Of a DNA stretch of 64,000 bases, positions 10,007-20,491 are shown piece by piece (position 1 is the stretch's first letter; the number at the start of each line of letters is the position of its first letter). The stretch lies in the IMG/VR virus record IMGVR_UViG_3300038463_000730, positions 124,001-188,000 of that record; one strand, 5' to 3'. The notes beneath the pieces are model-generated. The model was not told the origin of the DNA. It saw nothing but the letters and a program-made list of their open reading frames with translations, and made no database searches. A program made the position numbers and the translations under genes.

Positions 10007-12055
10007 TTACAAGATCGAGCTACCGCTACGCTGAACAACTCGCAATGCATTTGTATCATTTGAGTAGAATACAATTTCCTCTGCATCGATACATACTTGC
10101 CCACCAGCTTTTAACATCAAATCTTGACCAGCTACCATTGAAATATTAGTCGGTGTCAGGAATGTTAATCCGAACTGATCTACTCGAACAACTGCAAATT
10201 CACCTGTCTGCTGATAGATTCGGAAGTCTACCGTGCCGGGACGCATGGCCAAATTAGCTCCCTTACTCACAAACCTTGGATCCGAGATATTATTCGTCAT
10301 CGGACCTGACGGAGCCATTCCAGCATCCGGTCCTCCTATTGTTACGAGCAAATCTCCAGTCAACGACAATCCTACGCTGATCCCGTTCAAATCACGCCCG
10401 ATTTGACCAAGTAGCGATCCCTGCGTATCGAGCCAGATTGACTGTTTATCAATCGTATTGGCACCGACATTCATTTCGATCATTCCGTCGAATGTCAATT
10501 GACCTGAACGCCCACCGGCATTCGCACTTGTACCAGACACATTGATAGCTGTGCTAACAAACGTTGTAGGATACGTGATCGTACTGATCTGTGTGTTGAC
10601 AGGCTGATACTCATAGGTGACCGGGCTACGTTGCGCCGCGCATATTTGCGTGATGTCATGATAGATCGTTCCATGCTTGATCGGCTGGTTAGAAAGGCGA
10701 TCCATCGGTGTCGCGAACCCGGTTGTATTGTCCGGGTCATTGATCGAGATCGATCCACCATTGAACGCAATCGTGTCGAGATACAAGTCACGACGTTGGA
10801 ATCGGTTCTCTGAAGGCTGACCGTCGAACGTAAACTGATTCACATCATCGCTGTTCTGCACAGCTGAGATCGTGCTGGAGTTTGTGGCCCGTACGGTCAA
10901 CGGAATGTTACCTTTTTCGCTCGATGCCGGAACGTTGAATTTGAACTGTCCCTCTTTATCTACATCGAAAAAGAACTGACTACGATCCCTAGCGAACCCT
11001 TTGTTTGTCGTGATGTCGGGTAGCGGTGGAAGAGTCGGGTTCTTTGGCTGGTTGCCCTGTGAATCGGGCGGGTTGCCTTTACGTGCATTGATCTCGAAGT
11101 GATACGCGATGCTCTTGCGCTCAGCCTCACGGATGCGAACGTAGGCATCTTCTTTGTCCGTATTAGTGATAAACGATAGGTTCTTTTCTTTACCGGCTGG
11201 AAGAATGTTCCGATTTAGATCAAGGATGTTGCCATAGATATCGACTACCGTTCCCTTGACCGTCTCCATCAAGTAGTTCGGCTCGAACTGGGTCAAGCTG
11301 AGAAGATCAGTTCGTGCTTCACGACGATTGTAGAAATACTCGTCCTCTGGCAACTGACCGTTCTGTATGATTTGAATTTCTTGGGCGTCGGTAGAGAAGA
11401 AGGTTGAGTGAGCGAACTCGTACACCAACTCGCGCTTCTCAACGAACTGTGGGTTCCGCACAGCCGAACTGCTTGTCGTCAAGCTCGGAATCGAACTCGG
11501 ATCAAAACAGATCTCTTTCAAGTCATCGTCGAACTCGTGCCCATCACGACGAACAGAGAAGTCATTAAGGTTCGGGAACATGTCACGACGAACAATCCCA
11601 TCGACCTGAATCGAGGCATCGTTGAATGAGTAGTTCCCGCCAAAGTTGTTTGACAGGATACCGCGCTTCGCATCGACGCGCAGTGAGTTTACCTGGTCAC
11701 CGATCGTTGTGTATGTATCTGGGTCAAGCCTGACCGTGTTGTACTGATCACTCGATACAATCAGCTCATCACCATCAAACGAGATGGTTTGGTACGGACT
11801 TAGTAAGATGGCAATGATGTAGTACAACCCACCGTCACCCTGGAGCACCAAGACAGGCGTCCCCTCTTGCATCTGACCACCGATGAAATGGCCATTCGCA
11901 CCGTTGTACGCAGGGTAGTAACTTGCTTTAACTTTGACACCGGTCGTGTCGAGCGAAACCATCACCTGCGAACTTGAAACGATACTCTGCACCGTGCCCT
12001 TCGTGGCAATTCCCGGTACCTTGTTGATTATCTTTTGTTGTTGCGGTGCGTTCAT
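10007..12055 (-). CDS. Baseplate central spike (gp5/gpV-like), 682 aa
   Basis: N-terminal OB-fold-like segment (KGTVQSIV...EGTPVLVLQG...YYIIAIL) and C-terminal beta-helix-like repeats (NISMVAGQDLMLKAGGQVCIDAEEI); translationally coupled to the hub gene by TAATG. Confidence 0.7.
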   Translation of the reverse strand: MNAPQQQKIINKVPGIATKGTVQSIVSSSQVMVSLDTTGVKVKASYYPAYNGANGHFIGGQMQEGTPVLVLQGDGGLYYIIAILLSPYQTISFDGDELIVSSDQYNTVRLDPDTYTTIGDQVNSLRVDAKRGILSNNFGGNYSFNDASIQVDGIVRRDMFPNLNDFSVRRDGHEFDDDLKEICFDPSSIPSLTTSSSAVRNPQFVEKRELVYEFAHSTFFSTDAQEIQIIQNGQLPEDEYFYNRREARTDLLSLTQFEPNYLMETVKGTVVDIYGNILDLNRNILPAGKEKNLSFITNTDKEDAYVRIREAERKSIAYHFEINARKGNPPDSQGNQPKNPTLPPLPDITTNKGFARDRSQFFFDVDKEGQFKFNVPASSEKGNIPLTVRATNSSTISAVQNSDDVNQFTFDGQPSENRFQRRDLYLDTIAFNGGSISINDPDNTTGFATPMDRLSNQPIKHGTIYHDITQICAAQRSPVTYEYQPVNTQISTITYPTTFVSTAINVSGTSANAGGRSGQLTFDGMIEMNVGANTIDKQSIWLDTQGSLLGQIGRDLNGISVGLSLTGDLLVTIGGPDAGMAPSGPMTNNISDPRFVSKGANLAMRPGTVDFRIYQQTGEFAVVRVDQFGLTFLTPTNISMVAGQDLMLKAGGQVCIDAEEIVFYSNDTNALRVVQRSGSSIL

Positions 12056-15000
12056 TATTGACCCGATGGCGCCTGGGTTGATCCCTGAGCTGTCGTTGCT
12101 GGGTTATTGTAGGTTATCCATAGATCTATAACGCCTTCTGTCAATTGTACTTGAATGGCTTTTGTCGAAGCGCCAGGTCCGGCAAGATTCAGAGCATAAG
12201 TCCAGGCTTTGTCCGATGGCCCTTTTGTCGTGGTTGGTGACACCATATCTAGAGATGAGATGACCGATACTTGATTTGCAGGCAGTGCGTTGATCTGTAC
12301 GTTGCTGTTGGATGGAGCCAAGACCGATCCTGACGAACCTTGTTTGGTCGTAAGAGCAGCCTTCAATTGGTTTGCGATGGTTTGCAACGTGCCGCTAGCT
12401 GGTTCGTTGGTGTCATAATAGTACGTTCTGATCTCAAGTTTCGAATTGCTTTGGCTACCTAGTAATCCATACGCTACTTGCGCGATGTTCGTAATCGCAT
12501 ACTGATTAGCGTTACCATATTTGTCATCATTCAAACAGTCTTGCAGACTCGTAGCTGGTTTTGTCGTCGGAATAACAATCGCGCCGATATTCTGCTCGCT
12601 CTGCGAATTGACGTTACGTAGAACGACATGGTTCATGTTCTGACGATTCTTGAACATCACTTTACCAATCGTATCGAACGCTGTCGGTATGTAATGTCCG
12701 GCGTGATGACCGTAGGAAAGCTTAAGTGTCGTAGTGAATTTGCCTCCAAACTCGAACGAATGACTTACTTTCTCAACGTAATACAGCATGTTCTCTGGTT
12801 CGATGAATACGACCTCTCCAACCTGCATAAACTCGTTACCAGCGATCGTAATCGTACCGTTTAGAATCTGTCCACGAGCACGGTTCAACAACGACACTGC
12901 ATACGGAGCAAGCTGGGTATCCGGATCAGATAGGAACGGAACGTTGACCGCGTTCGCTGCACGGAATCCGTACATTCTCCACAAGTCATAGTCAGCTGCA
13001 TAAGCCGTGGTCAACGTGTTACCACCGCCTGGAAGGTTCAACCCGTTCGGGCCAGTTAGTAGATCCAGCCCTTCGCCTTGAGCAAAGATGCCATTGACTT
13101 GAACGAAGTTGAACTGAGGTGGTGTTTCGGTAATGCTATAGCCAATGATCTGATTAGCCTTGATGATGTAACGCGAACCCGAGCCTGGCCCGTAGTCATC
13201 GTACGTCTCATCCTCAATCATGTGCTCCAGAACATCCGGAACATTCCCGTCGTACAACCCAGGGAATGCAATCGTGTTAGCATCCAAAGTATTCAACGGA
13301 TCATTCGGACTAATCTGGTTCTGCGCGGCTGCTGTTAGCGTATCGAGTAATGCCGAGGCAGACTTGATTTGAATCTGTCGCGAACTGATAGCTTTGGCAA
13401 TCTGATTCGTTATGCTCAGTACATCCGCCGCACTCGCAACGCCACCTGTACTGGTCGGGAACAATGACTGAAGGTTCGCCGGAGCGATACCGGTATCAGC
13501 AAAGATAGCGTTTGAAACAGTTGTGTACCGAGATGTCAGTGCCGGATCATTCGAATTGGCAATCGGTATATTTTTCGGATTACCAACACCGGCATTGAAC
13601 TTCTTGACAATCAAATTGGCTTGGGTCGCTGTAGTAAATGCAAACTGTACGTTCGAAGCTTGATCAGCTACGTTATCCGAAAAGCTTGCCAAATTCGATA
13701 CAGACTGATCATCAGGATTGGTGAATACTTTTAGCAAATCGATATTCGTTATTTTGCATGTCTGCGAATTAGACAAGAAGGCGAACTCTCCAATAGGAAG
13801 ATTAAGTTTGTAGATGATGTCGTTATCATTACTGATACCCAACGCCAACGCATACAAACGAATCTGGTTCTCCATCGTCTCGATCGTTTGAATGGCGGCT
13901 GTGACCTGATTGCTATAGAGGTTCTGTAGAAACTGCGGGAAGATCTGTATACCGGTTGTTTCCTTGTAACGTAGCATGTTCAAGAACACACTGTTTGGAA
14001 CTCGATTGTATTGCGGAACACGTGCCTGAATATGACCTTGTGTATCGGCATAGACTTCGAGATCAAGTTTCTCTGCAACAGCCTGAATCTGATGACCAAC
14101 GACATCATATTCATTAGCGAATAGGCTGAAGTCATTTCCAATAGCTTTGGCGAAAGCCTGGATATCCATGTCATTATCGTACGTATTGTCTACGATGAAA
14201 TAGTTCTGGTCTTGATTTGCCTTGACACGATAGAACAATCGACGAGCTAGGAAGTTTGTTTTTCTTCGAAGGTCTCGACGTACATTCGGATCAGTTAACG
14301 TACTAGCCGGATCCTGTGTACCGGCTGAAGAGTTGTTATCGAACGATACATCGTTTCCAATAACTAGAACGTTATTTGATTGGTATGAAGAGTTTAGATT
14401 TGTCTGAAGCTGTTGAATATTAGCATCAAGCCCATTCAGCTGTTGCTGGAGAAGGGCTGTCGAAGATGTTGCAGCCGTTGTCGATGCAACGTTATTAGGT
14501 TGCGTTCCGGCCGATGACAGCCCGGCTCCGGATGCCTTTGTAAGCTGATCAAAAATGTTTGCACGCTGTGAAAGCAATGACTGTAGGTTCGATGTCTGTT
14601 GTACGACATTCGAATAGCCCATCATTTGCTGAGCGTTTGCCTGGTCGCTCATGTTCATGGATTTGAACGGTTGGAAGTTACCCCATAGGCTGTTGTTCTT
14701 CTTGATGTTCGAAAGAAGCTGATTGTAGAAGTTCGGATCCTTGAAGAAATCCGCTCCAGGAGAGAGGGCTCCGGCCTGTTTGATCAATGTTTGATAAAAC
14801 GTAGCGAAGTTGTAAGCTTGTCCCGTAACTAACAGAGACAGCACATTCATGATGTCTTGCCCAGAGAATGCGTCAGTAGTAAGCTTCGGTACATTCTGTG
14901 ATGGGATCGACGTGTTGAAATCGTTACTGTACGAGTTCTTCGTAAACGTCAACGAAGCAATTCCTTCTTTCCACCGATACCGCATGCCATTAGGCATGTA

Positions 15001-16896
15001 ATAGACCTGAGACAAACTACCGCTCGCGACAGGTTGATTGTCTGAGTCTTGGTGAACGAAGTTAGCTTGTGTAACGATCTGGCCCTGGTATGGTCCCGAC
15101 GTATACCGTGGCATCATTTGCTGCACGAATGTCTGGTTCTCACCAAGCAATTGTGGAGGCTGATTCTGTTTTCCACTAACTGTATCAAGGTGCAGTTCAA
15201 ACGGTGTCAATGGATCATAGATCGGTCCATTGAAGTTGGTCAATGCCGGGTTCTCATTCACAACGCTTAGATCAAAATACTTCGTGTTATCGTAGCCGGT
15301 TACGTTGACAGTAAACTTGCCGCTACCCCAACCCTTTGTTACCTGTCCGACCAACCCAGCAAACACGTGTGTTCCGGCTTTGTCAGTTACGAACTGGTTA
15401 CGTACGAGTTGCCATAGGTAATCTGGGAAATCGTTACCTACAAAGGCAGCCTTCTCGATCTGAACCGAATTGTTATCAGGGTTGAACGCCGTGTTGATCT
15501 GTGTAGACAAGTCAGCAAGGCCTTGACTCATCTGTCCTTGCAGATTGAAAGCCGATGTCGGATCGAAACTTTCATCCAACCCATTCGCTACCCTTCTGTC
15601 TACAAGGTTCCGACTCATCATATAGATGTGGACCGAGTCCTGTGCCGAGATGAACGGTTTGTCACCGTAGTGCAACGTCATCTTGTTGCGAACATAATTC
15701 GATTTCGCATTGTCGCTACGTAGCTGTCCCTGAGTACTGCTGTCGAGTGAGAACAGACTGTCCATCAGATTCAAGATTGACTGAATGTAGTTTTGCTCTT
15801 GACCGTTGACACCTTGATTACCTAGTTCGGCTGATCCGAACAAAGCCGAAGCATCAAGAGTAATGTTCGAACCGCTCAGGATGGCGGAAGGAGCAAAGCT
15901 CAATGGCGCGTTGTACTGTATTTCAAATCCGAGACCATCGATCGTCAACGTTACACGGTTTCCTGGAAAGGAGGCCGGGTTGATAATGAAGTTGATGATG
16001 TTCGCACCACGCGAAGTTCGAAGCTGGTTTAGTAGATTCTGGTTACTCGTGACCTGAGTCTGTGCCAGCGACCGAGCCGTTTTCACAGCCGAGCTTTGAT
16101 TGAATATGTTGAATGCAGCCGAGATCGCTACCTCGATATCATTCGGTGTAACGATGCTAAGTCCGTACGGGTCTTCGAGTGTGAAGCTGAACCCTCCACC
16201 ACCCCATTTCAACGCCACGTCCGTATTGACACGAGACACGGTAGTCAACTCCATAACGCCTGTGCCGGTCCCGTACGTGTTCTGGTACAATGCGTTCGGA
16301 TCGGTTGTCCACGTCGTTGTTTGCTGTGGCTGACTGAAAGCAACGATATCTCGAATGAGTGTCATGGCATTCGTAAACGAAGCGCTGAATATCGAACCGC
16401 CACCGTTAAACAATCCACCGATACCGTTGGCCGTATCGTACAAACTGAGCAATGTCGGAAGGACTCCGTAGTCAACCTGGTTCGACTGTGAGGTGATTGT
16501 GTCGAGCTTGGATAGTCTTTCGTACGTAGCGAACTGATCACATTTGTTCTGAAACAGAATAGAACTAGCGGTCATGAAGAACGAGTCCTGCTCGTCTTTG
16601 AACTCTGGAATATTGTTCTGAGACAGAGAGGCGAATTCTTTTTTCTTGATGACAACCGTAACATCTGGTTGCGCCATCAGAATCTCGAACACCTTTGGCG
16701 AACGAGAGTAGGCAGTGAACCCTTCTTCGAGGTACCTGCGTTCCGCCGTTCTATCGAATTGCCCCGAGATCCCACCCATCCCGCCTGTAGCACCGAATAC
16801 ACCATCGGCTACTTTGTCTTCAGCATTTCGGGTTGTGTTACCATCACCGAACTGTGAAGCAATCTTCTGACCTAAACTATACAAAAAGTCTGACAT
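12055..16896 (-). CDS. Baseplate hub protein (T4 gp27 / Mu gp44-like) with large insertions, 1613 aa
   Basis: FSFTLEDP, HVFAGLVGQV...TVNVTGYD, LEVYADTQGHIQAR.P.YN and GTITIAGNEFMQVGEVV...YYVEKVSHSFEFGGKFTTTLKLSYG motifs; position after tape measure and tube initiator. Confidence 0.8.
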   Translation of the reverse strand: MSDFLYSLGQKIASQFGDGNTTRNAEDKVADGVFGATGGMGGISGQFDRTAERRYLEEGFTAYSRSPKVFEILMAQPDVTVVIKKKEFASLSQNNIPEFKDEQDSFFMTASSILFQNKCDQFATYERLSKLDTITSQSNQVDYGVLPTLLSLYDTANGIGGLFNGGGSIFSASFTNAMTLIRDIVAFSQPQQTTTWTTDPNALYQNTYGTGTGVMELTTVSRVNTDVALKWGGGGFSFTLEDPYGLSIVTPNDIEVAISAAFNIFNQSSAVKTARSLAQTQVTSNQNLLNQLRTSRGANIINFIINPASFPGNRVTLTIDGLGFEIQYNAPLSFAPSAILSGSNITLDASALFGSAELGNQGVNGQEQNYIQSILNLMDSLFSLDSSTQGQLRSDNAKSNYVRNKMTLHYGDKPFISAQDSVHIYMMSRNLVDRRVANGLDESFDPTSAFNLQGQMSQGLADLSTQINTAFNPDNNSVQIEKAAFVGNDFPDYLWQLVRNQFVTDKAGTHVFAGLVGQVTKGWGSGKFTVNVTGYDNTKYFDLSVVNENPALTNFNGPIYDPLTPFELHLDTVSGKQNQPPQLLGENQTFVQQMMPRYTSGPYQGQIVTQANFVHQDSDNQPVASGSLSQVYYMPNGMRYRWKEGIASLTFTKNSYSNDFNTSIPSQNVPKLTTDAFSGQDIMNVLSLLVTGQAYNFATFYQTLIKQAGALSPGADFFKDPNFYNQLLSNIKKNNSLWGNFQPFKSMNMSDQANAQQMMGYSNVVQQTSNLQSLLSQRANIFDQLTKASGAGLSSAGTQPNNVASTTAATSSTALLQQQLNGLDANIQQLQTNLNSSYQSNNVLVIGNDVSFDNNSSAGTQDPASTLTDPNVRRDLRRKTNFLARRLFYRVKANQDQNYFIVDNTYDNDMDIQAFAKAIGNDFSLFANEYDVVGHQIQAVAEKLDLEVYADTQGHIQARVPQYNRVPNSVFLNMLRYKETTGIQIFPQFLQNLYSNQVTAAIQTIETMENQIRLYALALGISNDNDIIYKLNLPIGEFAFLSNSQTCKITNIDLLKVFTNPDDQSVSNLASFSDNVADQASNVQFAFTTATQANLIVKKFNAGVGNPKNIPIANSNDPALTSRYTTVSNAIFADTGIAPANLQSLFPTSTGGVASAADVLSITNQIAKAISSRQIQIKSASALLDTLTAAAQNQISPNDPLNTLDANTIAFPGLYDGNVPDVLEHMIEDETYDDYGPGSGSRYIIKANQIIGYSITETPPQFNFVQVNGIFAQGEGLDLLTGPNGLNLPGGGNTLTTAYAADYDLWRMYGFRAANAVNVPFLSDPDTQLAPYAVSLLNRARGQILNGTITIAGNEFMQVGEVVFIEPENMLYYVEKVSHSFEFGGKFTTTLKLSYGHHAGHYIPTAFDTIGKVMFKNRQNMNHVVLRNVNSQSEQNIGAIVIPTTKPATSLQDCLNDDKYGNANQYAITNIAQVAYGLLGSQSNSKLEIRTYYYDTNEPASGTLQTIANQLKAALTTKQGSSGSVLAPSNSNVQINALPANQVSVISSLDMVSPTTTKGPSDKAWTYALNLAGPGASTKAIQVQLTEGVIDLWITYNNPATTAQGSTQAPSGQ

Positions 16897-16934
16897 CTAA
16901 CCGGCCTTTACTGTAATATATCGAAACTAACCAG

Positions 16935-17855
16935 TTAGAATTGAACACTTACATCTACCGGCACTCCTCCGATGTTTAGCCCGTTCTGATCTGTATTCGA
17001 AGTATTGTTTACAGCTAGTAAACGACCTGGATTCATTAGATTGGTCGCCTGTGCTGTTTGCTGAAATGTCAACGGAATACCGCCATAACCGTTATTGCTC
17101 GGGCCCAACGTCGGAGTACGCTGCCATGGCATATTATTCGTACGATATCCACGACGCTGTGTTACGACGAAGTGAATAGTGTAATCAAATCCACCGACGA
17201 AATTGGTACTCTCGGTCCAGTTCATACTGGTAAAGTAACCGCGAAATACCCATCCATTAAAATACATCTCTACGCCAAGCGCCATGCTTACCAATGTCGT
17301 GGTGTTCTGTGGTAATGCGCCACCAAACGTTGCATCAGCATCCAAGATGCCGCCACCGATCGCACTACCGATTGATCCGAGTACAGATGTCGAGCTACCG
17401 CCTGTTCCGGCGCCCGAGAGAGCAGAACCGGCATCTCCTAGAATCGAACTGAGTCCCGAACTGGTTTGAGCCGTAGCCAAGTTCAGCCCGACTGCGTCAA
17501 AACTAAGTTGCTCGGCACGGTAGACCTCATGAAGAAGATTCAGCCCTTCGACACCGGATGAACCGGTCGTGCCACGCATATCAATCTCGGTCAGATCTTC
17601 TCCCCAGTATTGGATTAGGTATCCACCTTTTGTGAGTTGTTTCGAGATGATCTTTTTGTTGTTGTATTGAATCGACTCCGGGCTGACATACATCGCAACA
17701 ACGCCGAATTCCGGCACAAACCAATTTACAACAGAGCGTTTCTGATTGGCCGCTTTAATACCATACGGAATGCTCTGGTATGGTAAACCCTGAGCACCTG
17801 AATTGGCCCCGTTCGCAAATGACGAGCCTACGAGTGAACTATCGAGATAAGTCAT
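16935..17855 (-). CDS. Tail tube initiator / tube-like baseplate protein
   Basis: MYVSPESIQYNNKKIISKQLTKGGYLIQYWGEDLTEIDMRGTTG and FRGYFTSMNWTES...FDYTIHF; located between tape measure and hub. Confidence 0.75.
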   Translation of the reverse strand: MTYLDSSLVGSSFANGANSGAQGLPYQSIPYGIKAANQKRSVVNWFVPEFGVVAMYVSPESIQYNNKKIISKQLTKGGYLIQYWGEDLTEIDMRGTTGSSGVEGLNLLHEVYRAEQLSFDAVGLNLATAQTSSGLSSILGDAGSALSGAGTGGSSTSVLGSIGSAIGGGILDADATFGGALPQNTTTLVSMALGVEMYFNGWVFRGYFTSMNWTESTNFVGGFDYTIHFVVTQRRGYRTNNMPWQRTPTLGPSNNGYGGIPLTFQQTAQATNLMNPGRLLAVNNTSNTDQNGLNIGGVPVDVSVQF

Positions 17856-17869
17856 ACACAGATGCCAAA

Positions 17870-20110
17870 TTAGGCATTGCGATTGGCTCCGCCCGTGCGA
17901 TTCATGATTTGACGGTTCTCTGTCATCGCCGTAGCAGTAGCAGCAACATTATCAACCATCGTCTCTTGCTGACACTTGATGCAAACACCCTTGATCTCAC
18001 CCGTTACAGCGATCGTCGTTTGTGCCGGTTGTGCCGCTGGAGGGGCTGCTTGCTGAGCTTCGGCGGCAGTACGGACATTGCTCGCTGTCGGACCTACCGG
18101 GCTAGCGGCAGCCGTTGCGGCAGCAATCCGTTCATGAACGGCGCGGTTCTGTTCATCTGGAGATACTCCAATAGTTCGTTGCTCGTCTTTCGCCTTACCA
18201 ACAGAAGCTTCGATCGCTTTGGTTATGTCAGGTGCATTGGTAGCTGTTGGAACGGGAGTGGATGTCGGAGGTGGTGGAGGCGGACCGATGAACGGAGCCG
18301 GTGGCGCTGGAGTCGATGTCGGAACAGAGGTCGGTGTAGCTCCGGCCGCTGTCTGCATCTGGGCAAGCTTAGCCGCAGCCGCTTTATCATCTGCTTCTTT
18401 CGCAGCATCTTGATCAGAAAATGCTTTTACAGCACCAGTAGCAAGATTTTTGGCATACTCTCCTGCTTCAATTAGTTTGTTTTTAACTAGTTCATCTGGA
18501 GACAATCCGGAACCACGTTCTATTGCTGCCGCATTACCTTGAGCATCTTTCGAATGCTTTGCGATATCGGCCCCGGTTAGTTGCTTGTCTTTATTAAGTA
18601 TCGAAATACCAAGCTGGATATCCTGGGCCGCAGCAATTGCGTTGACCGCATTACGAATCTCGGTCACAGACGTATGCATTTTGTCTTGGACCGACGAGCC
18701 TTGTTCAGCAGTTTTAGCAACTGCTTTATCACCAGTTGGTGGCTCTAGTCCTTGACCTTCAAATCGTCCTTCTTTCATTGCCTGAAAGACCTTCGCCTCT
18801 TCACCTTTATCTAGTTTCTTTCCTGTGATCTTTTCCCACATCTCACGCTGTTTCTCGTATTGTGAAGCGGCCTGACCCGAGATATCGGCTGCGGCTTCAG
18901 CGCGTGTCACGATCTCTCCTCCAACGGAGTCTTTCATCGTCTTCATCAGGTCTTGTGCAGCGCCCTTCTTATCATTGGCAAGTTTCTCTTCGAACGCAAA
19001 TACACCTTGCAGGCCTCCGGCTCCACCGGATGTCGTACTGATGTACGACTCGGTTGCATCACTCAAGCCTGACATCGCTCCCATGATATCGCCGAACACT
19101 TTCGTAGCTTGGTGCCCGGACAATCCTACACCTTCCATTGCAGGGATAAACAATCCCATTGCCTTAACTGTATCATCAACATTGTCTGACATCATAGCGA
19201 ATTGACCAGCTACACTCTGGACAGCATCACGAACGTCTCCCATCGGCAACTGGAGAGACTGTTGCGCAGAAGCCAAGTTAGCTGAATATTGGATTTGTTT
19301 TTGAAGGTCTCCACTTAAATTTTCATAAGCGAAATGAGCATCTTTAATAACCTGTGATGTCTCCTGCATCGACCCAGCAGCAATTTTACTAATAGCCGTT
19401 AACGTGTCCATCGATTCACCAGCTACTTTCACATTACCACTTAGCGCAGTAGGAATAGTCGAAAGCTCAGTGAGTGACTTCGAGATCTCTTTCGGAGCCA
19501 TACCGGTTGCACTAGCAATCTGCTGCATCTTCTCATTGAAAGACGCCATTTTACTATCAATGTCCGTTAATCCACGATTATCATCGAACACGTTTTTAAA
19601 GTCGCCACCGGCAACATTCAACGCCATGAACCCTTTTTCTAATTGCTGAGTTCGTTCGGCTGCACCGATAGCGTTATCACCTATATTTTTGAAAGCGCTG
19701 ATCAACATGTCTGCGCCAGGGATCTTTCCACCAAGTTTTTCTGCTATTGTTATTACATTAGCGACATGTTCTTTTAATGCTTTCGCAGCTTCGCTAATAG
19801 AAGAAGCGCTTGTTAATGCTGAGCCACCAAGTTGATCGAAACCTTCAGCGGCACCAAGCAAATCCAATGTAACATGTTCTAGGTTAGAACCAAGATTGAT
19901 AGCGCCGGTCCCGAATGCATTTAGTTTCTCAGTTAATGATCCGGCAGTATCTTTGAATCGTTCGGCTGCTGGCATGAGCGATTTGAACTGTTCGAAAAAG
20001 TGTCCAAGATTGGTAGTTATTGAAGGCAACGTACCGGCAAGACGCTCAAGAGCGTCTACTGCCGGACCAACACCTTCTAGTAATTTACCTGCTTCGTCTG
20101 CTACTGCCAT
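17870..20110 (-). CDS. Tape measure protein, 746 aa
   Basis: Ala/Gly/Ser-rich helical protein directly after the frameshifted chaperone pair; Pro/Thr-rich stretch near the C-terminus. Confidence 0.75.
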   Translation of the reverse strand: MAVADEAGKLLEGVGPAVDALERLAGTLPSITTNLGHFFEQFKSLMPAAERFKDTAGSLTEKLNAFGTGAINLGSNLEHVTLDLLGAAEGFDQLGGSALTSASSISEAAKALKEHVANVITIAEKLGGKIPGADMLISAFKNIGDNAIGAAERTQQLEKGFMALNVAGGDFKNVFDDNRGLTDIDSKMASFNEKMQQIASATGMAPKEISKSLTELSTIPTALSGNVKVAGESMDTLTAISKIAAGSMQETSQVIKDAHFAYENLSGDLQKQIQYSANLASAQQSLQLPMGDVRDAVQSVAGQFAMMSDNVDDTVKAMGLFIPAMEGVGLSGHQATKVFGDIMGAMSGLSDATESYISTTSGGAGGLQGVFAFEEKLANDKKGAAQDLMKTMKDSVGGEIVTRAEAAADISGQAASQYEKQREMWEKITGKKLDKGEEAKVFQAMKEGRFEGQGLEPPTGDKAVAKTAEQGSSVQDKMHTSVTEIRNAVNAIAAAQDIQLGISILNKDKQLTGADIAKHSKDAQGNAAAIERGSGLSPDELVKNKLIEAGEYAKNLATGAVKAFSDQDAAKEADDKAAAAKLAQMQTAAGATPTSVPTSTPAPPAPFIGPPPPPPTSTPVPTATNAPDITKAIEASVGKAKDEQRTIGVSPDEQNRAVHERIAAATAAASPVGPTASNVRTAAEAQQAAPPAAQPAQTTIAVTGEIKGVCIKCQQETMVDNVAATATAMTENRQIMNRTGGANRNA

Positions 20111-20125
20111 TCAGATACCCCGTAA

Positions 20126-20440
20126 TTATCCAACTACCTTTTTCTTCTTACGACGACGACGTGGACCAGAGTTGCTCTGGCTGTCTTTGTCCAAGTTCGC
20201 CTGGTGAATTCGTTGCGAAAGGAGTTCGAACTCCGTATCATCAGATGCGTAAGTATTAGCCTCGGCATCAAGGATACGTTTGGCTGCTTCTGGGTTGGTG
20301 AATGATCCAATAAACAAAGCAAGATGCCGTTGGCTCTCAGCTTTTTCTCGACGATCCTGAACCCACTGCTCAAACAAATACAGTTTCTCAATTGGCTCAA
20401 GATCTTCGATCATTGGATCGTTAGGTTTACAACGCCACAT
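20126..20440 (-). CDS. Tail assembly chaperone T-segment (C-terminal part of the GT frameshift product)
   Basis: Its frame is open back to 20485 and is the -1 frame of the slippery A7 at the end of the upstream gene. Confidence 0.8.
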   Translation of the reverse strand: MWRCKPNDPMIEDLEPIEKLYLFEQWVQDRREKAESQRHLALFIGSFTNPEAAKRILDAEANTYASDDTEFELLSQRIHQANLDKDSQSNSGPRRRRKKKKVVG

Positions 20441-20457
20441 TTTACAAAGTGACCATA

Positions 20458-20491
20458 TGAACCGGTGTTCCGGTTCAGCGGCTATTTTTTT
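20458..20491 (-). other. Programmed -1 ribosomal frameshift signal (A AAA AAA, 7-nt spacer, 8-bp hairpin)
   Basis: Minus strand reads GCA AAA AAA TAG CCGC TGAACCGG-AACA-CCGGTTCA. The -1 frame reads IAAEPEHRFIWSLCK into the 20126..20440 ORF. Confidence 0.85.
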
